Assembly: GCA_035439485.1 (NCBI GenBank)
Contig: DAORKI010000001.1
Span: forward strand, 1,287-65,286
Reading direction: 5' to 3'
Length of the DNA stretch: 64,000 nucleotides
DNA from: Bacteroidia bacterium
GTDB taxonomy: Bacteria > Bacteroidota > Bacteroidia > UBA4408
The position numbers were made by a program, and so were the translations under genes. This document shows positions 59,003-64,000 of the stretch, one piece after another (position 1 is the stretch's first letter; the number at the start of each line of letters is the position of its first letter). The notes beneath the pieces are model-generated. The model was given only the letters and a program-made list of their open reading frames with translations. It searched no databases and was not told the DNA's origin.

Positions 59003-59836
59003 CTAATTGAATAAAACACTTCCTCCAATGGAAGATTTAATAGGATTTAAAATCATTGTAGGTATTTGGGCATCATTAGTAATTATTTGACGTTCATCTG
59101 TACCAGCTAAAATTTCAGGGAATCCCATTTCTTGGCTATTCACAACAGCAATCAAATCTGCATCTTTGGAGGCCGCATAGGCCAAAAATTGTTTCACAAA
59201 ATTTCCTTTTTCATCGGCCATTTTAACATCAAATTCAATTTGATTGGTTCTAAGTTCGTTTTTGGCAAGCGACACATTATTGTTAATTGCGTTTACTAAA
59301 AAGGTGTCTGACTCTTGAGGATAAATAATGTGAACCTTGCTATTAAAAACCTTTGCAATGTTGATGGCTAAACTTAATTTTTGTTTACTATCTTTTGATA
59401 AATCAAAAGGTAATACTAAGTTTTTGTAACCATTTCTAAAACCGCGTTCTTGTACTACTATGAATGGAACACTGCTATGGGTAATTACTTTTACTGCGTA
59501 ACTACCAGTTATGTGCTGCATCCCTCTTACACCATGAGTTCCCATGATTATTAATTTTGCTTTTAAATCAGTTGCAGCAGCACCAATATCATCAAAAATA
59601 TTACCCAATCTTGCTTCATATCCAACTTTTACTCCACTTGAACTGCTTAATTTTTCAGATTGCTCTTTCATTTTAACTTCGGCAGCAGCCTTTTCCTTTT
59701 CCTTTCCAATAATATGTAACAAAACGATTTCTGAGTTGGGAATTGATTTACATAATCCAATGGCATGCTCAACCGCAGTTTCGGCCACTTTAGTAAAGTC
59801 TGTTGGTACAACAATAGTTATTTTTTCTGAATTCAT
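59003..59836 (-). CDS. Tandem universal stress protein (UspA) family protein
   Basis: Two Usp-like halves ([11 protein letters not shown]...; GTHG..G.......GS.A..V) and the C-terminal PTMILNP. Confidence 0.8.
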   Translation of the reverse strand: MNSEKITIVVPTDFTKVAETAVEHAIGLCKSIPNSEIVLLHIIGKEKEKAAAEVKMKEQSEKLSSSSGVKVGYEARLGNIFDDIGAAATDLKAKLIIMGTHGVRGMQHITGSYAVKVITHSSVPFIVVQERGFRNGYKNLVLPFDLSKDSKQKLSLAINIAKVFNSKVHIIYPQESDTFLVNAINNNVSLAKNELRTNQIEFDVKMADEKGNFVKQFLAYAASKDADLIAVVNSQEMGFPEILAGTDERQIITNDAQIPTMILNPIKSSIGGSVLFN

Positions 59837-59999
59837 ATACTAATTTATGGTCTTGGTTTTTGGGTACGAATGTAATAAAAATCAATATGAATTTAAAATA
59901 GTATTTCAAGACACCTTATAATCTACTATGTATGGTCTTTAGTAATGAAGAATTTATTGAAATTTAGAAATAAAAATTATCAGATGTCAAAAATAAAGA

Positions 60000-60007
60000 T
60001 AAATTTG
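60000..60007 (+). promoter_or_regulatory. Candidate -7 promoter box (TAnnTTTG) for the giant adhesin gene
   Basis: TAAATTTG, 31 nt upstream of ATG 60038. Confidence 0.35.
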
Positions 60008-60037
60008 CGGCAATTAATACTTCTTTATACAAGTAAA

Positions 60038-63000
60038 ATGATGTTAATAGATTTACACTGCAAACGTTTTTCAGATTATAGCAATATTATTTCTTTTAGA
60101 AAACTTTTGACTATTTCTGTAATTTCCATGATGGGTTTTATAGCGCCCCTAAAAGCTACAAACTTTACTGTTACTAATACTAATGATAATGGTCCAGGTT
60201 CTTTCCGAGCTGCTGTTGTTTCATCTAACTTTGATGCTACAGCTACAGCTGGTTCTCCTCATATTATTGATATGACTGGAATATCTGGAGCAATAGTTCT
60301 TGATTCATCTTTAACAGATATTAGAAATCACGTAATAATTAATGGACCAGTAAATAATAGTTTATCTATTGAAAGAAATCAAGCAGCTGCTTCTTTTTCA
60401 ATTCTTACGGTAAAACCTATAGGTTTAGCAGCAATAACTGTTCAGTTAAATAATTTAGTTTTAACCAAAGGTTCAAGTTTAACTGGTGGTGGTTTATATG
60501 CCGAAAACACAAATCTTACAATTAATAATTGTCAAGTTACCAAAAATTTTGTAAACAACGGTTTAGGAGGAGGTATTTGTACCAATAATGCCAATGTTAC
60601 AATAAACAATAGTACAATTGATTACAATACAAATTTAGCTGGTTTGGGTGGTGGAATTTATATGAATTTTGGTAGTTTGTTTATGAATAATTGCACTGTT
60701 TTTGGAAACAGAGCAGCCATTGGTGGTGGTTTAGATAAAGCTACAATTGGAACTGTAAATATTACCAATTGTACTTTTGCTTTTGACACTGCTGATGATG
60801 TTGCAGGGGGAATTTACATCAATTTAGGAAGTATTGAAGCAAATAATACATTAATCACAGGAAACGTTGCTGTAAATGGTGCAAGCGCTGTTTTTGGAAA
60901 TATGTTTTCTACGAATGGGCACAATTTAGTTGATAATGTCCTTGGAATGAACTTTACTGGAAATACAACAGGTAATATTATTGGATTGGCTACTAACTTT
61001 GTTTTAAGTAGTGTTTTACAAGACAATGGTGGTGTGACACCTACTGTGCTTCCTTTAGCATGCAGCGCTGCTATTGATGCGGGAACAAATGCTGGAGCAC
61101 CAGCCACTGATCAGCGAGGATTCATTAGAGCAAACTTTGGTTCTGCCTATGATATTGGTGCTGTTGAATACAGTGGGCCCATTACAACTGACCAAAATGT
61201 TTGTGGTACCCAAACAATTACACTTGTAGCTTCTGGTTCAACCAATTATCGTTGGTATGATGCAGAAACTGGTGGAAATATTTTACTTGAGGGTTCTAAT
61301 TCACTAACCGTAACAGTTAGCAGTGATACTACCTTTTGGGTTGTGGATTACACACCTGATTGCGAAAGTACTATAAGAGTTGCCGTTAATGTAAACCAAT
61401 TTACTTCACCTACTGCACCTGTAATAAGCACCAACGGCAATAACAGTTTTTGTATTGGAGGTGCAGTAACTATAAATTCTACAACTTCTCCCGACTATGT
61501 TTCCTATAATTGGATACCATCAGGAGAAACTACAACCTCTATTTCTGCAACTACAGCTGGCGCTTATCAAGTAGAAATTACAGATGTTAATGGATGTACA
61601 GCCCAATCAAATACAATAAATGTTACAGTTAATCCATTACCAGTGCCAGTCATTACAGCCAATGGTTCAACAGTTATTTGTCAGGGTTCTAGTGTAACAT
61701 TAACTTCAAGTTTCGCTACAGGGAATGTTTGGAGTACTGGTGAAACAACTCAAAGCATTACTGTAAATTCAGCCCAAACTATTACTGTTACAGTAACTGA
61801 TGCAAATGGCTGCGTTGGAACATCAGCACCTGTAGAGGTGACTTTGGTCCCAAATGCTCCTCCTGCTCCAGTGATTTCAGCTTCGGGTGCTCTAGATATT
61901 TGTGTGGGCGGTTCTGTTACATTAACTTCAAGTTATGTAAGTGGTAACCTATGGTCGCCAAATAATGAAACTACACAAAGTATTACGGTAAACCAAGCAG
62001 GTACATATTCAGTAACCTTTACAGATGCCAATGGCTGTTCTGCTGTTTCACAAGCTTTAACAGTAAATGTGCTTCCTCAAGCACAGGCACCAACTATAAC
62101 TGCTAATGGACCTACTACTTTTTGTGTTGGCGGTTCGGTTGTGTTAAACGCACTCCCACAATCTAATTCAATAATATGGAATCCTGGCAATATTAATGCT
62201 AGTTCGATTACTGTTGATGTTTCAGGTTCTTATACTGCAACAATAACAGACATTAATGGATGTACTGCCACTTCACAGCCAATAGACGTTGTTGTTGAGG
62301 CTAATCCTGCACAACCAACTATTAATGCATTCGGGCCAACCACTTTTTGTCAAGGTTCAAATGTTTCTCTTTTTAGTAGTAGTGTTTCAAACAATGTTTG
62401 GAATCCTACCAATGAAACTACTAATTCAATTATTGTTTCAACTGCTGGAACATATACAGTAACAGTAACTAATACAGCTGGTTGTTCAGCTACATCAGAC
62501 CCTATTGAAATAGTTGTTCTTCAAAACCCAATAGCTCCAGTTGTTACTGCCAACGGTCCAACAAGCTTTTGCATTGGCGGAACTGTTACTTTAACCTCAG
62601 ATATAACTACCAACATTGTATGGAATACAAATGCTACAAGTGCCGATATCACTGTATCACTTCCAGGAAGCTATAGTGTGGTTGTTTCAGATGCTAACAA
62701 TTGTACTTCACAATCTAATATAGTTAATGTAGTGGTAAACAACCCAGGACTAGCTTCTATATCTGGGAATAATTTATTTTGCGAAGGAGGTTCAACTACA
62801 TTAACTGCTGTAAATGGAGTGAGTTTTCTATGGTCACCTAATGGCGAAACTACTCAAAGCATTTCCGTGAATTCACCGGGTATCTATAGTGTTACTATTA
62901 CTGGCCCAAATGGTTGTACTTCAGTATCTGCACCAGTTTTAGTAAATAGTTTTCCATCAAATCCTGTTACGATTACTCCGATAGGAACTGTACAAATTTG

Positions 63001-64000
63001 CGATAATGCATCTGTAACACTAACTTCATCGTCTTCTGCAGGAAATGTATGGTCACCGAATGGTGAGACTACTTCTTCTATAACTGTAAGTTCAGCAGGT
63101 GACTATTTTGTAACAGCAACAGATGTTAATGGATGTCCAAGTGTTTCAAACACAGTCTCAGTGGTTGTAATTCCTGCACCACAGCAACCAGTAATTAATC
63201 CTGCAGGTACTATAGTTCAATGTGGGGGCAGTGTTTTATTAGATGCTGGAAATATTCAAGGGGTAACCTACTTATGGAATGATAATGTTACCACAACACA
63301 GACCAACAATGTTAACCAATCAGGAAATTATTCAGTAACGGTTACCTCAACTAATGGTTGTACAAGCACTTCAAATATTGTGAATGTTTCTATTGAGTCG
63401 TTGCCTATTGTTAACTTAGGTAATGATATAACTCAATGTGGTGGTACAGTAACCTTAGATGCTGGCAATCCTGGTGCAACATATTTATGGAGCAATGGTG
63501 AAACTACACAAACCATAACATTAAGTTCATCAGCAACTGTTAGTGTTACTGTAACTAATACCTGTGGTAGTGCTACTAGCAATAATTTAAATGTAACAAT
63601 TAATAATATCCCTAACGCAGCTGTAGTAAGTCCAGCTGGTCCAATACAAATTTGCAGTGGAAACACTGAGGTTTTAACATCTAATTCAAACAGTGGAAAT
63701 GTCTGGTCTCCAAATGGTGAAACTACACAAAGCATAACTGTTTCAGCTTCTGGCAATTATTTTACAACAATTACCGATGCTAATGGTTGTACAGCAATTT
63801 CAAATGTAGTTGTAGTTAATGTGGTAAACCCAATAGGACAAGTTAATATTGGGAATGACATTACTCAATGTGGTGGAAGTGTAACCTTAAATGCCGGCAA
63901 TCAAGGAGCAAGTTATTTATGGAGCAATGGTTCTACTTCACAAACCATAAATGTATCAGCAAGCGGAACTTTTTCAGTCGATGTAACTAATGCCTGTGGT
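60038..64000 (+). CDS. Giant surface protein: signal peptide, right-handed beta-helix (choice-of-anchor-Q-like) head, at least 13 tandem Ig-like modules; 3' end outside window
   Basis: This ORF is not in the supplied track because no stop is reached. By my own translation, frame 2 is open for 1321 codons from ATG 60038 to nt 64000. N-terminus ..SVISMMGFIAPLKA/TNFTVTNTNDNGPGSFRAAV. Gly-rich beta-helix turns (GGGLYA, GGGICT, GGGIYM, GGGLDK). The head ends in ATDQRGFIR....YDIGAVEY, followed by the repeat modules. Confidence 0.85.
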   Translation, partial: MMLIDLHCKRFSDYSNIISFRKLLTISVISMMGFIAPLKATNFTVTNTNDNGPGSFRAAVVSSNFDATATAGSPHIIDMTGISGAIVLDSSLTDIRNHVIINGPVNNSLSIERNQAAASFSILTVKPIGLAAITVQLNNLVLTKGSSLTGGGLYAENTNLTINNCQVTKNFVNNGLGGGICTNNANVTINNSTIDYNTNLAGLGGGIYMNFGSLFMNNCTVFGNRAAIGGGLDKATIGTVNITNCTFAFDTADDVAGGIYINLGSIEANNTLITGNVAVNGASAVFGNMFSTNGHNLVDNVLGMNFTGNTTGNIIGLATNFVLSSVLQDNGGVTPTVLPLACSAAIDAGTNAGAPATDQRGFIRANFGSAYDIGAVEYSGPITTDQNVCGTQTITLVASGSTNYRWYDAETGGNILLEGSNSLTVTVSSDTTFWVVDYTPDCESTIRVAVNVNQFTSPTAPVISTNGNNSFCIGGAVTINSTTSPDYVSYNWIPSGETTTSISATTAGAYQVEITDVNGCTAQSNTINVTVNPLPVPVITANGSTVICQGSSVTLTSSFATGNVWSTGETTQSITVNSAQTITVTVTDANGCVGTSAPVEVTLVPNAPPAPVISASGALDICVGGSVTLTSSYVSGNLWSPNNETTQSITVNQAGTYSVTFTDANGCSAVSQALTVNVLPQAQAPTITANGPTTFCVGGSVVLNALPQSNSIIWNPGNINASSITVDVSGSYTATITDINGCTATSQPIDVVVEANPAQPTINAFGPTTFCQGSNVSLFSSSVSNNVWNPTNETTNSIIVSTAGTYTVTVTNTAGCSATSDPIEIVVLQNPIAPVVTANGPTSFCIGGTVTLTSDITTNIVWNTNATSADITVSLPGSYSVVVSDANNCTSQSNIVNVVVNNPGLASISGNNLFCEGGSTTLTAVNGVSFLWSPNGETTQSISVNSPGIYSVTITGPNGCTSVSAPVLVNSFPSNPVTITPIGTVQICDNASVTLTSSSSAGNVWSPNGETTSSITVSSAGDYFVTATDVNGCPSVSNTVSVVVIPAPQQPVINPAGTIVQCGGSVLLDAGNIQGVTYLWNDNVTTTQTNNVNQSGNYSVTVTSTNGCTSTSNIVNVSIESLPIVNLGNDITQCGGTVTLDAGNPGATYLWSNGETTQTITLSSSATVSVTVTNTCGSATSNNLNVTINNIPNAAVVSPAGPIQICSGNTEVLTSNSNSGNVWSPNGETTQSITVSASGNYFTTITDANGCTAISNVVVVNVVNPIGQVNIGNDITQCGGSVTLNAGNQGASYLWSNGSTSQTINVSASGTFSVDVTNACG
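61178..64000 (+). repeat. Coding tandem array of at least 13 Ig-like modules (~73-77 aa, ~220-240 nt each)
   Basis: Recurrent pattern P.I...G....C.GG.V.L.S......W.P.GETT.SI.V...G.Y.V..TD.NGC...S....V.V. The last ~600 nt show a two-module higher-order unit. Confidence 0.8.

Noticed and set aside
61178-64000. The regular ~220-240-nt periodicity could superficially suggest a repeat array (CRISPR or satellite).
   Set aside because: The period is far longer than CRISPR repeat-spacer units. The whole tract is a single open reading frame encoding Ig-like modules, and the repeat copies are diverged at the DNA level.
1-64000. Searched for signs of a mobile element, prophage or genomic island: transposase, integrase or recombinase ORFs, tRNA genes, and long terminal repeats.
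   Set aside because: No such ORFs or tRNA-like sequences were recognised. Composition looks uniform by eye. Housekeeping genes are interspersed throughout the window.

Overview
AT-rich (roughly one-third GC by eye) chromosomal segment from a Bacteroidota bacterium. This placement rests on several T9SS type-A C-terminal sorting domains, TAnnTTTG-type -7 promoter boxes, frequent Gln at the predicted signal-peptidase +1 position, and many MORN-variant repeat proteins. I call about 50 protein genes. Recognisable housekeeping genes are ribD, rluD, cysS, hemA, a hemC-hemD fusion, hemB, purL, mtaB, lgt, pdxJ, slyD, an OmpR-type two-component pair and an LPS-core-like glycosyltransferase set. Giant repeat adhesins sit at both ends of the window: two tandem paralogues at 2-6883, and a beta-helix plus at least 13 Ig-like-module protein from 60038 that runs off the 3' end and is missing from the ORF track. 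I found no rRNA, tRNA, CRISPR array, transposase, integrase or phage genes, so nothing indicates a mobile island. The most system-like locus I cannot explain is 10799-18376. It holds five co-directional genes whose sensory parts all appear periplasm-facing: a secreted WD40-caspase with an intact His/Cys dyad, two tandem secreted paralogues of unknown function, a TPR-TM-class III adenylate cyclase, and a TPR/TolB-like protein with a Lys/Pro-rich tail. I propose a proteolysis-linked envelope-to-cAMP signalling module, but this is inference only. Secondary candidates are: a three-gene operon headed by a 1144-aa MORN-repeat protein with an unassignable C-terminal domain (24075-30358); a decayed small two-gene module in a coding-poor gap (30657-31077); a pair of structured direct repeats bracketing a ComEA-like gene (31846-33061); and an orphan SiaB-like/DUF1987 partner-switch pair (55874-56856). 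All family assignments come from motif recognition by eye. No database search was run.
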